Source of the DNA: a bacterium
GTDB lineage: Bacteria > UBA8248
Direction of reading: 5' to 3'
Length of the DNA stretch: 64,000 nucleotides
Assembly (NCBI GenBank): GCA_965203325.1
Contig: OZ241875.1
Coordinates: 2,688,001 to 2,752,000, forward strand
Shown one piece after another: positions 1 to 10,946 of the stretch. Both the position numbers and the translations under genes were made by a program. Below the pieces are notes generated by a model. The model was not told the DNA's origin, ran no database searches, and saw only the letters and a program-made list of their open reading frames with translations. Every line of letters starts with the position of its first letter. Positions within the stretch are counted from its first letter, which is position 1.

Positions 1-7
1 CGCCACG

Positions 8-1930
8 GTGGACGCCAAGGGCGTGGCGCGCCTGAGCCTGACGGAGACGAGAGTCAATCTCCTGACAGGGCAAACCACTTCGTCCGTAGAGAGCGTGGTT
101 CTGCCCGACTTGCCGCCCGGAACGCGCATCGTCGACATACTCCTCACGGAAAAGGCCGATAAAGTCTACATCGGCGTCGAGAATGGATTCCTCCTTCGCT
201 ACGACACCAGGAACTTCGACGCCATTACTCTCGTGGAGAAGCGCGATCTGCTTCCCATGGATGAGAAGCTGACGGTGTTCAAGACCCTCATCGGCGAGGA
301 ATCCATCGTCGTGGGAGGCTCCAGGGGGTCATTGAGCATCTTCTTCCAGGCGCGCAGGCCGGGCGCCACCACCTCGGACGGACTGGTGTTGGTGCGCGGT
401 CATGAACTGGAGAAGCACGCCGCCGCCGTTTCGGGCTTTTCCACCTCCCAGCGCAGCCGGATGTTCGTCACGATGGGCTCGGGCGGAGACATCTGGCTTC
501 GCCATGCCACGAGCGAGTCGACGCTGCTGCGCTTCAAGATGAAGGACATGACCGGCTCTGCGCGATACATCCGCCTTTCCCCGCGCGATGACGCAATTGT
601 CGCCACGGACGAGAAGGGCGTGGTGAATTTCTGGAAATTCGAGGCCGAACACCCCGAGACGACCTTTCAGACCCTGTTCGGAAAAGTCTGGTACGAAGGC
701 TATCCCAAGCCCGAGTATACGTGGCAATCCTCCTCGGGAGACGATGCGTTCGAGGAGAAGATTTCCCTCATCCCCCTGATATTCGGGACCATCAAGGGAA
801 CGGTTTATTCTCTCATCTTCGCGATACCCATCGCGGTGCTGGGCGCTATTTTCACCTCCGAGTTCATCGGCCCGGAAGTGCGCTCCGTCGTGAAGCCCGC
901 GATGGAGATGATGGCCTCGCTACCCTCGGTGGTTCTCGGCTTCGTGGCCGCCCTGATACTGGCGCCCATCGTGGAAACGTGGATAGCCGCGGTCTTGCTC
1001 ACGTTCATGCTGATCCCGTTTCTGCTGTTGCTCTCTGCCTATTTATGGCAAGTGATGCCGCCGCGGGTCTCCCTTCCCCTGTCGGGATTTCCCAAGCTCG
1101 GCCTGGTGTTCTTCGTGATCATTCTGGGCTCGCTGCTCGGCTATCTTATCGGGCCGGGATTCGAGAGGCTCTTGTTCGGCGGCGACTTCAAGGCCTGGGC
1201 GAACGGAAACATCGGCATTGCGACGCCGATGCTGTTCATCATTTTTTATCCCGCCTCATTCATACTCGTTGCTTTCCTGGCCGAGCGGTTTTTGGGATAT
1301 GGATGGAGACAAAAACTCAGACAGATGGACCATTCACGGGGTGCGCTCTTCGAGCTTCTCCGCTGGGGCGGAACGCTGGTCGTCGCCGGACTGCTGAGCT
1401 GGGTGACGGCCGTGGTGCTCACGGCGCTCGGTCTGGATGCGCGCGGCGGGGTCATCGACACCTATGTCCAGCGCAACTCCCTCGTCGTGGGCTTCGCAAT
1501 GGGTTTCGCCGTCATCCCGCTCATCTACACCATCGCCGAAGACGCGCTCAACTCCGTGCCGAGCCACTTGAGAGCGGCGAGCCTCGCTTGCGGCGCCACG
1601 CCCTGGCAGACGGCGCTTTGGGTCATCCTGCCCACGGCGGCCAGCGGGATTTTCGCCGCCGTGATGATCGGCATGGGCCGCGCGGTGGGCGAAACGATGA
1701 TCGTCGTCATGGCGGCGGGCAACACCCCGGTTCTGGACTGGAACATTTTCTCGGGCCTCAGGGCGCTTTCGGCGAACATCGCGGTGGAACTTCCAGAAGC
1801 CGTCAAGGACGGGACGCTCTACCGGGTGCTGTTCCTGGCGGCCCTCGTCCTCTTCGCGATGACGTTCGTCGTCAATACGATTGCAGAGGTGGTTCGCCTG
1901 CGCTTCCGCAAGCGCGCCGCGCAGTTGTGA
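8..1930 (+). CDS. pstC: Phosphate ABC transporter permease PstC with large N-terminal beta-rich domain (5' end lies outside the window)
   Basis: C-terminal ABC permease with EAA-type loop (AEDALNSVPSHLRAASLACGAT) and GRAVGETM motif; precedes pstA-pstB-phoU. Confidence 0.9.
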   Translation: MDAKGVARLSLTETRVNLLTGQTTSSVESVVLPDLPPGTRIVDILLTEKADKVYIGVENGFLLRYDTRNFDAITLVEKRDLLPMDEKLTVFKTLIGEESIVVGGSRGSLSIFFQARRPGATTSDGLVLVRGHELEKHAAAVSGFSTSQRSRMFVTMGSGGDIWLRHATSESTLLRFKMKDMTGSARYIRLSPRDDAIVATDEKGVVNFWKFEAEHPETTFQTLFGKVWYEGYPKPEYTWQSSSGDDAFEEKISLIPLIFGTIKGTVYSLIFAIPIAVLGAIFTSEFIGPEVRSVVKPAMEMMASLPSVVLGFVAALILAPIVETWIAAVLLTFMLIPFLLLLSAYLWQVMPPRVSLPLSGFPKLGLVFFVIILGSLLGYLIGPGFERLLFGGDFKAWANGNIGIATPMLFIIFYPASFILVAFLAERFLGYGWRQKLRQMDHSRGALFELLRWGGTLVVAGLLSWVTAVVLTALGLDARGGVIDTYVQRNSLVVGFAMGFAVIPLIYTIAEDALNSVPSHLRAASLACGATPWQTALWVILPTAASGIFAAVMIGMGRAVGETMIVVMAAGNTPVLDWNIFSGLRALSANIAVELPEAVKDGTLYRVLFLAALVLFAMTFVVNTIAEVVRLRFRKRAAQL

Positions 1931-1937
1931 GGACAGG

Positions 1938-3764
1938 ATGAAGGCGAAAGAACCAAAGAAGAAAAAAGACAAGAAAAAAGCGGAGATGCCGGTTCCGGAA
2001 GCCGACTCGGGCAATTACATGGAACCCGGGCCCGAAGCGGCGCAGACCTTGGAGGCGGAAAAAAGCCCGCCCGGCCGGACGGGACTTCGGGCGTCACTCG
2101 ATTTCAAGGCCAGAGGCGAGCCTTTCATCTGGGTCATGGGCGGAGCGCTCGCTCTGGGCGTGTTGATGATCATCGGTTTTCTCGCGCTCGTCCTGTGGAA
2201 CGGCATCGTGACGTTCTACCCGGGTCCGGTGGAGGTGGTGACTCTCAAGAACGGCAAGAAAATCGCCGGCGAGCCGTTTCGCTCGGAGAACTTTCGCCCC
2301 TCCGAGGAGCAGTTGAAAGGTGTCGACCCCGAATCCCGGCGCGCCATCCGGGAGGCGGACGGGTTTGCGAGCCGCACGCTCTATAGAATCGGAAATTTCG
2401 ACATTTATAACGAAGACTTCAAGTGGGCGGTGGCGCATCAGGTAGCCAAAACCGAGACGCCGCCCGGCATATTCTTCGTCGAGCGCAGGGAGTGGGGCCC
2501 GTTCATCGGTTTTATTAAAGAATTGACGCTCGACGGCCGCCGGATTCCGGGCGAAAAAGTATCTCTGGATGCGTTGTACGCGGCTCACGATGAGGCGGTC
2601 GATCGCAGGGAAGCCGTTCGCTCCATCGAGGTGGACGAGATAGGCGCCATCAACTACTACATCGAAGAAGACAGGCTCGCCCTGCGGCGCACCGAACTCG
2701 ACTACGGGAAGAAGAGTGCGGCGTATCGCACCGAGAAGGAGAGGTTCGAACGCCAGACGAAGGAGAGGCGGGCCGGATTCGCTGTACTTAAGAAGCGAAT
2801 CGCCGCTGTCAACGAAGAGGATGAGAAATTCAAAATCACCCTCCGGGAGATCGGTGGCCGCGAGAAACGTTTGAGGCTCTCGGAACTCGTCCGCATCTAC
2901 CCGGCCAACGACCTGTCGTTCTTCGGGAAGATGGGCGTCTATTTCTCCCGGTGGGGCGAGTTTTTGACTGACGACCCACGCGAAGCGAATACCGAAGGCG
3001 GCGTTCTGCCTGCGATTTTCGGCACCGTCATGATGACGCTGCTCATGGTCGTCTTCGTCGCTCCCTTCGGCGTGGTCACGGCGCTCTATCTGCGTGAATA
3101 CGCCAAGCAGGGCACCCTGGTCTCCATCGTGCGCATCTGCGTGAACAACCTCGCGGGCGTGCCCTCCATCGTCTACGGCGTGTTCGGCCTGGGATTTTTC
3201 GCCTACACCATCGGAATTAGAATCGACCAGTTGTTCTACCCGGAGAAGCTGCCCAACCCTACCTACGGGACCGGCGGTCTTCTATGGGCGTCCCTGACGC
3301 TGGCGCTCCTCACCGTTCCCGTGGTGATCGTGGCGACCGAGGAGGCGCTCGCCGCTGTTCCCCGCTCCATGCGGGAGGGTTCTCTCGCTTGCGGCGCCTC
3401 GAAATGGCAGACCATCCGGAACATCGTTCTGCCCCAGGCGATGCCGGGCATCATGACCGGCCTTATACTGGCGATGGCGCGCGGGGCGGGCGAAGTGGCG
3501 CCTCTCATGCTTGTGGGGGTGGTGAAACTCGCGCCTGAGCTTCCTTTCGACTCCTTCTTCCCGTTCCTGCACCCGGAGAGAAGCTTCATGCACCTGGGTT
3601 TCCACATCTACGACGTGGGGTTCCAGTCTCGAAACTCGGAAGCGGGGAAACCGATGGTTTTCGTCACGACGCTTCTTCTGATCGCAATCATCGCTTTCAT
3701 GAACGCTTTCGCCATCATGGTTCGCAACCGCCTTCGCCGGAAGTTCGTGGAAGGCCAATTCTAG
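1938..3764 (+). CDS. pstA: Phosphate ABC transporter permease PstA with large soluble insertion
   Basis: GGVLPAIFGT, NLAGVPSIVYG and ARGAGEVAPL motifs; ATG at 1938 just after the pstC stop. Confidence 0.92.
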   Translation: MKAKEPKKKKDKKKAEMPVPEADSGNYMEPGPEAAQTLEAEKSPPGRTGLRASLDFKARGEPFIWVMGGALALGVLMIIGFLALVLWNGIVTFYPGPVEVVTLKNGKKIAGEPFRSENFRPSEEQLKGVDPESRRAIREADGFASRTLYRIGNFDIYNEDFKWAVAHQVAKTETPPGIFFVERREWGPFIGFIKELTLDGRRIPGEKVSLDALYAAHDEAVDRREAVRSIEVDEIGAINYYIEEDRLALRRTELDYGKKSAAYRTEKERFERQTKERRAGFAVLKKRIAAVNEEDEKFKITLREIGGREKRLRLSELVRIYPANDLSFFGKMGVYFSRWGEFLTDDPREANTEGGVLPAIFGTVMMTLLMVVFVAPFGVVTALYLREYAKQGTLVSIVRICVNNLAGVPSIVYGVFGLGFFAYTIGIRIDQLFYPEKLPNPTYGTGGLLWASLTLALLTVPVVIVATEEALAAVPRSMREGSLACGASKWQTIRNIVLPQAMPGIMTGLILAMARGAGEVAPLMLVGVVKLAPELPFDSFFPFLHPERSFMHLGFHIYDVGFQSRNSEAGKPMVFVTTLLLIAIIAFMNAFAIMVRNRLRRKFVEGQF

Positions 3765-3779
3765 TGGAGACGTATTGAA

Positions 3780-4610
3780 ATGGTGTCCAACGCGGTAATG
3801 AGCGAGCAGGAAGCCGAATTCGAAACGACGGCGTACCACCCTGTTGAAAGTGAACTGGGCAGCGTCATCGACATCGACGACTTCAGCTTCTGGTACGGTG
3901 AGAAACAGGCCCTGTTCGACAACACCATGAAAATCCAGAAAGAACTCGTCACCGCCCTGATCGGCCCCTCGGGTTGCGGAAAATCCACGCTCCTGCGCGC
4001 GCTCAACCGCATGAACGACCTTATCGACGGAATCCGCAGCGAAGGGAAGATTGCGATTGAGGGAACCGACATTCACGACCCGCGCGTGGAAGTCATCGAG
4101 CTTCGCAAACGCCTCGGCATGGTCTTCCAGAAGCCCAATCCCTTCCCGATGTCGATATTCGAGAACGTGGTCTACCCCCTGCGGGTGGACGGCATCCGCG
4201 ACAGGAATCTCCTGGAGGAGACCTGTGAGCGCTCCCTGCGCGACGCCGCGCTGTGGGACGAGGTGTCCGACCGGCTCCAGGACAACGCGCTCGGCCTCTC
4301 CGGCGGTCAGCAGCAGCGCCTGTGCATCGCCCGCGCGATTGCCTCGGAGCCGGAAATCATCTTGATGGACGAGCCCTGCTCGGCACTCGACCCGATCGCC
4401 ACGGCCCGCATCGAGGATCTGATAGCGCAACTCAAGGAGAATTTCTCCATCGTCATCGTGACACACAACATGCAGCAGGCCGCCAGGGTATCTGACAATA
4501 CGGCCTTCATGTTCCTGGGCCGGTTGATTGAATACGGAGAAACGAAGAAAATTTTCATGAACCCCATGAACGTGCGCACTTCTGATTACATCACCGGCCG
4601 ATTCGGCTAA
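3780..4610 (+). CDS. pstB: Phosphate ABC transporter ATP-binding protein
   Basis: Walker [42 protein letters not shown]-terminal DYITGRFG. Confidence 0.96.
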   Translation: MVSNAVMSEQEAEFETTAYHPVESELGSVIDIDDFSFWYGEKQALFDNTMKIQKELVTALIGPSGCGKSTLLRALNRMNDLIDGIRSEGKIAIEGTDIHDPRVEVIELRKRLGMVFQKPNPFPMSIFENVVYPLRVDGIRDRNLLEETCERSLRDAALWDEVSDRLQDNALGLSGGQQQRLCIARAIASEPEIILMDEPCSALDPIATARIEDLIAQLKENFSIVIVTHNMQQAARVSDNTAFMFLGRLIEYGETKKIFMNPMNVRTSDYITGRFG

Positions 4611-4642
4611 GCGCTGTCGGCTAGGCGCTGGAGGAGATTTGC

Positions 4643-5326
4643 ATGGCACTGACGAGCGGAAGGGCACACACGAGTTCGGAATTCGAGAGCGAACTCCAGG
4701 AACTCCGCCGCGTTCTCCTGGAGTTGGGCGCCAAGGTGGAGGCCATGATGGCGAAGAGCATCGAAAGCCTCACCCGCCGTGATTCCGAAATCGCCCAGAC
4801 AGTCATCGAGAGCGATTTGGAAGTCAACCAGCTCGAAGTCGACGTGAACGAGCTTTGCCTGCAGATAGTAGCGCTCAGGCAGCCGACCTCGGTGGACCTG
4901 CGCTTCATCACGACGGGCATGAAAATCGCCTCGGACCTCGAGCGGGTGGGCGATCTGGCGGTGAACGTCTGCGAGCGGGCGCTGGAGTTGAACGAGGAGC
5001 CTCCGCTCAAGCCCTATATCGAAATACCGCGCATGGCGAGCGCTTCGAGCCAGATGCTGCGCGAGAGTCTGGACAGCTTCATCAAGGAAGACGTGGTGCT
5101 CGCGCGCAAGGTCATAGCGAGCGACGACGAGGTGGACGACATGAACGAGGAGTTGTTCCGCGAACTGCTGACCTACATGCTGGACAACCCGCGCAACATC
5201 AGCCGCTCGACCCGCCTGACGTTCATCTCGAAATACTTCGAGAGAATCGCCGATCACGCAACGAACATCGCAGAGGCCGTCCTCTTCATGGTGGAAGGCC
5301 GGAACCCGAGACGCAGCGTCGATTAG
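4643..5326 (+). CDS. phoU: Phosphate signalling protein PhoU
   Basis: Two PhoU repeats (DLERVGD, ERIADHATNIAE); follows pstB. Confidence 0.95.
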   Translation: MALTSGRAHTSSEFESELQELRRVLLELGAKVEAMMAKSIESLTRRDSEIAQTVIESDLEVNQLEVDVNELCLQIVALRQPTSVDLRFITTGMKIASDLERVGDLAVNVCERALELNEEPPLKPYIEIPRMASASSQMLRESLDSFIKEDVVLARKVIASDDEVDDMNEELFRELLTYMLDNPRNISRSTRLTFISKYFERIADHATNIAEAVLFMVEGRNPRRSVD

Positions 5327-5409
5327 CTCCAGGCTCGTTCGCCTGAATCCATTTGTTTTTCAGAAATGAATCCCGGCTTGTTTACCTCGCCTTTTCCGGG
5401 AAACCGGCT

Positions 5410-6459
5410 CTAAGGATTTTCTTTGTCTGCTATTCCCAGCCTGGATTTCAGGAGTTCGTAGTTCGAGGGGTCCATTTCCAATTCGTTCCGGTTGATCGCG
5501 CGCGCGAGTTCGCTCACGGCGTCGTTACAGGGCGTGGGAATGCCCAGTTCCTTTCCCTTTCTTGAGACGAGGCCGTTGATGAATTCGATCTCGTTCTTGC
5601 GGCCCTTGATGTGATCGTGAATGGGCGCCGTGCGAGCGCGCGGGCCGGTGTGGCCCGTCATAGTCGTGAGGGCGTTCAGCAGCACCTTGTCCTCATCATC
5701 CGCGAAATCATCCGCATTCAGCCCGAAGACGGGCTCGATGTTGATTCCCATCGCCGTGCCGACCGCTACGGTCTCTTTGCCGAGTTTCACCGCGACCTCG
5801 AAGATTCCGGGAAGTTTCGCGACCTCTCTGTTCAGTAAACCGATGAGTCCCCAGGGCCCCATGCTCATCGAGTTCACGACGAGTTTCGTCCATTTCGTGC
5901 CCCGGATGTTGGTGGAGATGTCCACCTTGGCGACGTGGCTCAGGATTTTCTGGATTTCCTGAAGACGCGGTGTGATGGATCCGTCCAGCTCCCCAACGGC
6001 GAACCAGGTGCCCGTTCGCGGCGTGTTGCGCTGAACGTGGCCCGGGGTGAATATCTCTCCCGATAGTTCGATGCAGCATCCCACCACGCGCTCGGGACCG
6101 AGAATGGAAGTCGTTATCTCCTCTTCGTTCATGCTGTTTTGCAGACCCACCAGCACGCCGTCTGCTTTCAAGTGGGGCGCCATGAGTTCGGCCATCCAGC
6201 GCGTGTCGAAAGATTTCACCGCCAGGAGGATGAGGTCGAATTCAGGTTTCACGGAGGCCAGCTCGCACACGTGGAGCGCCTTGACGCGAACCTTCAGGTC
6301 GAGGTCCGGCATCTGGACGTGGAGGCCGTCTTTTTTCATTGCCTCCACATGCGCCGGCCACTGATCCACGATGGTGACGTCATAGCCGGCGTCGGTGAGG
6401 TCGGCGGCTGCGCTGCTGCCGATGGCTCCGGTTCCGAACACGGCGATCTTCTCGAACAT
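5410..6459 (-). CDS. Ketopantoate reductase (PanE/ApbA) family oxidoreductase
   Basis: N-terminal GTGAIG Rossmann motif, AVKS, LQN, KWTKLVVN, EIEFING; start set at MFEKIAVF after a GGAGGG RBS. Confidence 0.8.
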   Translation of the reverse strand: MFEKIAVFGTGAIGSSAAADLTDAGYDVTIVDQWPAHVEAMKKDGLHVQMPDLDLKVRVKALHVCELASVKPEFDLILLAVKSFDTRWMAELMAPHLKADGVLVGLQNSMNEEEITTSILGPERVVGCCIELSGEIFTPGHVQRNTPRTGTWFAVGELDGSITPRLQEIQKILSHVAKVDISTNIRGTKWTKLVVNSMSMGPWGLIGLLNREVAKLPGIFEVAVKLGKETVAVGTAMGINIEPVFGLNADDFADDEDKVLLNALTTMTGHTGPRARTAPIHDHIKGRKNEIEFINGLVSRKGKELGIPTPCNDAVSELARAINRNELEMDPSNYELLKSRLGIADKENP

Positions 6460-6948
6460 CTCTTGCCCTCCCTGGGTTTTCAACCGCGGACGATTCCCGA
6501 ATGAAACCATATGTAGCATGCCTCTCGCCGGTTTCACGACCCCTCACGAGGCTGGTTCATCCAGCGGCAAGCCACGCTTTGGCGATTTTGGTCTGTCCTC
6601 CGGCTATTGGTTGACACGCAGGTGGCAATCACTAATCATGGTCGGAATCTTGAAAAGAGAATAACTGTGCGAAACAGGTCGTTTTTATAAGCGAAGCGGG
6701 GGCGATTTTTGGATTCCGCAGAAGATGGGAAAGCCTCGTATTATTGAGCCGGAAATCAGCGAAGGGTTGGTTTATTGGCAGGCTCGCCGCATGCCGCATC
6801 ATCAAGCCGGAATCTTCCCGTCCACCCACGGGTCTTTTGCCCCTCAGGAGCCGTGTGCCGCCGCACATAGTGAATCATTAGAGCATGGCCATGTGAAACT
6901 CCAAGCGAACCTATCGTCGACCGGACACCGAATAGAGGAGGAGTGAAG

Positions 6949-8478
6949 ATGAAGAAGAAGTTCGTTATTTTTGGAATGGCTGTTTTCATGTCGCTTACGC
7001 TGATGTCTGGAGACGCGTTTTCCGCCAAGAAAGATCAGCTTCTCATCGGGATGCCCGGAGACCCGACGACGTTCGACCCCCACATCCGGCTCGGGCTTCC
7101 CATGCTGCAGTCGTGGCCGCTCGTGTTCGACAACATCCTCGCGCGCGACATCAAAGGGAAAATCATCCCCGCTCTCGCGACGTCATGGAGTTACGTTTCT
7201 CCTACGGTGCTGGAACTCAAGCTGCGCAAGGGCGTGAAGTTCCATAACGGGGAGCCCGTCGACGCGAACGCCGTGAAGTACAGTATCGACCGTCTGTTCG
7301 ACAAGAAGATCAAAAGCCGCTTACGGAGTTTCTACAGGAGTGTCAAAAAAGTCGAGGTGGTCGATTCGCACACCGTGCGCATCCACACCAAGCATCCCGA
7401 CCGCTATCTCCTCTCGCCGCTGGCGGATTTCAGCGCGGTGGTCCCGCCGAAACACTATGCTTCCAAGGACCTCAAGCACCTCGCGCGCAATCCCGTCGGA
7501 AGCGGCCCTTACCGCCTGACGAAATGGCGCAAGGGCTCCGAGATGGTTTTCGAGGCCGCCTCCGGATACTGGGACAAATCCCGCCAGCGCGTGAAGAAGG
7601 TGATCGTCAAGGTCATTCCCGAGCCGACGACGCGCGTCTCGGCACTCGTCTCGGGCGCGGTCGACATGATCAAGGACATCCCGCCCCAGACGGTCCCGAT
7701 GGCGAAATCGAACCCCAACGTCGACGTGGTTGCCGGACCCGGCCCCAAGGCTTGTTCGCTCATCATGGTTGTCAAGGACGGCGCGCCCTGGTCCGACATG
7801 CGCGTGCGCCAGGCGGTGAACTACGCCATCGACAAGGACAGCATCATCAAGAACGTGCTTCAGGGGCACGCGACCGCATCCATGGGGACAGTCGTCGGCC
7901 CGAACAGCTTCGGCCACAACCCGGACCTCAAGCCCTATCCCTACGATGTGGCCAAGGCGAAGAGCCTCATGAAAGCGGCCGGATACGAGAAGGGCTTCAC
8001 CGTTCCGCTGGTCGTTCCCCTGGGACGCTATCTCAAGGGCGTGCAGGGGGCGGAGGCCATCGCGGGGCAGCTCAAGAAGATCAACATCAACGTCAAGGTG
8101 AAACCTCTCGAATACGGCGCCTGGCGTCGGAACAGCCGCTCGAAATGGAAGAAGGGATATAAGCCTTACTGGAATTACGCCTGCCGCAACGATCTGGCGC
8201 TCCATGCGGCCTGGATGTACTCAGGCCTCCTGTACAGCAAATCGACGCACGGCGGCGTGAGGAGCGAGGAGCTCGACAAGATGATCGTGGGCGCGCGCTC
8301 CGAGCCGGACGAGGCGAAACAGGCCGCGAAATACCGCGCGCTTGCCGCATACATCAGGGAGCAGGCCTTCCTGGGCTTTTTGTATCACCTCGATGAGATT
8401 TCCGGGAAGAAGAAAGCCGTCGACTGGAAGATGCGCTCCACGGGCCTCGTGATCGCGACCGACGCGGGCTGGAAATAA
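6949..8478 (+). CDS. ABC transporter substrate-binding protein, peptide/nickel family 5
   Basis: Signal peptide, LRKGVKFHNG, NPVGSGPY, VRQAVNYAID; strong GAGGAGGAG RBS. Confidence 0.92.
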   Translation: MKKKFVIFGMAVFMSLTLMSGDAFSAKKDQLLIGMPGDPTTFDPHIRLGLPMLQSWPLVFDNILARDIKGKIIPALATSWSYVSPTVLELKLRKGVKFHNGEPVDANAVKYSIDRLFDKKIKSRLRSFYRSVKKVEVVDSHTVRIHTKHPDRYLLSPLADFSAVVPPKHYASKDLKHLARNPVGSGPYRLTKWRKGSEMVFEAASGYWDKSRQRVKKVIVKVIPEPTTRVSALVSGAVDMIKDIPPQTVPMAKSNPNVDVVAGPGPKACSLIMVVKDGAPWSDMRVRQAVNYAIDKDSIIKNVLQGHATASMGTVVGPNSFGHNPDLKPYPYDVAKAKSLMKAAGYEKGFTVPLVVPLGRYLKGVQGAEAIAGQLKKININVKVKPLEYGAWRRNSRSKWKKGYKPYWNYACRNDLALHAAWMYSGLLYSKSTHGGVRSEELDKMIVGARSEPDEAKQAAKYRALAAYIREQAFLGFLYHLDEISGKKKAVDWKMRSTGLVIATDAGWK

Positions 8479-8611
8479 AAGGCGATTTCACGCCTCTCTC
8501 CCGGATTCCGTTCGGTGAATCCGGGGGAGGGCGGCGCCCGAGACCCGAATGCGTCACTTCGGGCGGGCGTAGGGAACAGGGTTCTGGATTCGCCTTGTAA
8601 CGGGGGGCGCA

Positions 8612-9529
8612 ATGACGGGATTTATCGTTCGGCGGATGCTTCAGGCGGTCGTGCTCATGAAGTTCGTCCTGATCTTCGTGTTCCTGCTTTTGCATCTCTC
8701 GGGCGACCCGGCCCGTATCATGCTGCCCGATGACGCCACTGAAGAAGACATCGCCGAACTCAGAAATGACATGGGGCTCGACAAGCCGCTGTTGACGCAA
8801 TACCTCATCTTCTTCCGCAACGTCCTGCGCGGCAATTTCGGCGAATCCTTCGAGCACGGGGAGTCAGCCCTCAAGGTCGTGCTCGAACACCTGCCCGCCA
8901 CCATAGAACTCGCCGCGGCCGCGTTCATCATGTCGGTCATCATCGGGCTTCCGTTCGGGTGCATCGCCGCCCTCAAGGAAAACACCGTCTACGACAAGGG
9001 TCTGATGTTCGGCGCCGTGCTCGGCCAGGCGGTTCCCGATTTCTGGCTGGGGCTGATGATGATCCTGTTCTTCTCCGTGAAGCTGGGTTGGCTGCCGCCG
9101 TTCGGCTACGGGGAGCCGGTTCACTTCGTCATGCCGACCATCGCCGCCGGCGTCTTTCACACGGCCCGCCTCGCGCGGCTGATGCGCTCCGAAATGCTGG
9201 AGGTGCTGCGCCAGGACTACATTCTCACGGCGTACTCCAAGGGCCTGGCCGAGAAGATCGTGTTGTTCAAGCACGCCCTCAAGAATTCGGCCATCCCCAT
9301 CGTCACCATACTGGGGCTGGACCTCGCCCTCACCCTGGGGGGGACCGTCATCACCGAAACCGTGTTCGCCTGGCCCGGCGTGGGGCGGCTCACCGTCGCC
9401 GCCATCCACCACCGAGACTACCCCATCGTCCAGGCGGCGGTTTTCCTGCTCGCGCTGGGCTTTGTCTTCATCAATCTGCTGGTGGACATCATCTACACTT
9501 ATCTCGATCCCAGGATTCAGTACCGATGA
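8612..9529 (+). CDS. Peptide/nickel ABC permease (DppB-like)
   Basis: GDPARIML, EVLRQDYILTAYSKGL, ETVFAWPGVG, LDPRI. Confidence 0.92.
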   Translation: MTGFIVRRMLQAVVLMKFVLIFVFLLLHLSGDPARIMLPDDATEEDIAELRNDMGLDKPLLTQYLIFFRNVLRGNFGESFEHGESALKVVLEHLPATIELAAAAFIMSVIIGLPFGCIAALKENTVYDKGLMFGAVLGQAVPDFWLGLMMILFFSVKLGWLPPFGYGEPVHFVMPTIAAGVFHTARLARLMRSEMLEVLRQDYILTAYSKGLAEKIVLFKHALKNSAIPIVTILGLDLALTLGGTVITETVFAWPGVGRLTVAAIHHRDYPIVQAAVFLLALGFVFINLLVDIIYTYLDPRIQYR

Positions 9530-10443
9530 GAGGTGACAGCGATGAAGTCCTCATGACGACCGAGGAGTTCCAGCACTTCGACGAGACTCCCTGGTGGCGG
9601 CGGCTCGCGCGCTCGCTCATCGCCACGAAATCGGCGATGGCGGGCGCCGTGATATTGCTCATCGTTTTGTTCGCCGCATTGTTCGCACCCCTGATCTCGC
9701 CGCTGGACCCCACGGCGCAATCCCTCACCCGGGTGATGAAGCCGCCCATGTGGGAGGGAGAGGGGCACCTCTTCTACCTGGGCACCGACCACCTCGGACG
9801 CGACCTCCTGAGCCGGTTGATCTACGGCGCGCGCGTGTCGCTCATCGTGGGACTCTCCGCAACGGTCATGGCGGGGAGCATCGGTCTCATCCTCGGCATG
9901 ATGGCGGGCTATTTCGGCGGGCGGGTGGACTATCTGCTGATGCGGCTGGTGGATTTCGTCCTCTCGTTTCCGTTCATTCTGCTGGCCCTGGCGACAATCG
10001 CCATACTGGGGCCGAGCCTCTGGCTGATCGTCTCGTTGATCTCGTTTCGCCAGTGGACGGTGTACGCGCGCGTGGTGCGCGGGAACGTGCTCTCGATTCG
10101 AGAGCAGGAGTTCGTCATCGCCTCGCGCGCCGTCGGCGGCAGCGATTTGCGCCTCATCTTCCGCCACGTTCTGCCCAACGTCCTGGCCCCCGTCATCATC
10201 ATCGGCTCCCTGTATCTGGGGCGGCTGATCGTCATCGAGGCGGGCCTGAGCTTTCTGGGGTTGGGCGTCCCGCCACCCACGCCCACCTGGGGCGGGCTGC
10301 TGGCCGAGGGCCGCTCCTACCTGTATGTCTCGTGGTGGATCGTCACGTTTCCGGGGCTCGCCATCACCCTCACCGTGCTGGGAGCCAACCTCGTGGGCGA
10401 CTGGCTGAGAGACGTCTTGGACCCGCGTCTCAGGACGCGCTAG
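9526..10443 (+). CDS. Peptide/nickel ABC permease (DppC-like)
   Basis: LGTDHLGRD, GARVSL, EAGLSFLGLG, LRDVLDPR; ATGA overlap with the upstream permease. Confidence 0.92.
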   Translation: MRGDSDEVLMTTEEFQHFDETPWWRRLARSLIATKSAMAGAVILLIVLFAALFAPLISPLDPTAQSLTRVMKPPMWEGEGHLFYLGTDHLGRDLLSRLIYGARVSLIVGLSATVMAGSIGLILGMMAGYFGGRVDYLLMRLVDFVLSFPFILLALATIAILGPSLWLIVSLISFRQWTVYARVVRGNVLSIREQEFVIASRAVGGSDLRLIFRHVLPNVLAPVIIIGSLYLGRLIVIEAGLSFLGLGVPPPTPTWGGLLAEGRSYLYVSWWIVTFPGLAITLTVLGANLVGDWLRDVLDPRLRTR

Positions 10444-10474
10444 CGGATACCCGTTCTCATTCAGGAGAAAGACA

Positions 10475-10921
10475 ATGGCTGAAGACATGATGGAAAACTA
10501 CGTCGACAAGAACCCCGACGTTCAGGAACGATTCAGGAAAGCGGGCGAAATCCGCCGCGCGATGGGAATCTACGGAGAAGGCGGGCAGACCACGAGCGAT
10601 TTTCTGCAAATTTCTCCGGCGCACACGCAGACCATCATGGAGTATTGCTTCGGCATGGTGTGGGCGCAGTCGGAGACGCTCGACCTGAAAACGCGCGAAA
10701 TCATCGTGCTCGCCACCATGGTGGCGCAGGATCTGCCCGGAGAGCTGGAATGGCACGTGCGCTCCGCTCTCAATCTGGGCCTCACGCAAGATGAGATCAT
10801 CGAAGCTATCGTGCAGTGCTCCCCCTACGTCGGTCTCCCCAAGACGAACCATGCGCTGAGAGCGGCGAAGCGCGCTTTCGATGAGGCCGAGGGAAAAGAA
10901 CCGAGCGATCTGGGGCACTAG
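10475..10921 (+). CDS. Carboxymuconolactone decarboxylase family protein
   Basis: LDLKTREII...HVRSALNLG...EIIEAI...YVGLP pattern; no AhpD-type CxxC. Confidence 0.8.
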   Translation: MAEDMMENYVDKNPDVQERFRKAGEIRRAMGIYGEGGQTTSDFLQISPAHTQTIMEYCFGMVWAQSETLDLKTREIIVLATMVAQDLPGELEWHVRSALNLGLTQDEIIEAIVQCSPYVGLPKTNHALRAAKRAFDEAEGKEPSDLGH

Positions 10922-10946
10922 GGGTTGTTCCTGCTCGCCGAGGGGT

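Noticed and set aside
8..3764. Oversized PstC and PstA as a novelty
   Set aside because: Long PstC/PstA forms with extra soluble domains are already known, for example in Pseudomonas-type pst operons.
6775..6792. Possible sigma54 promoter (TTGGCAGGCTCGCCGCAT)
   Set aside because: GG-N10-GC spacing is right, but the -12 element lacks TTGC and no activator gene is nearby.
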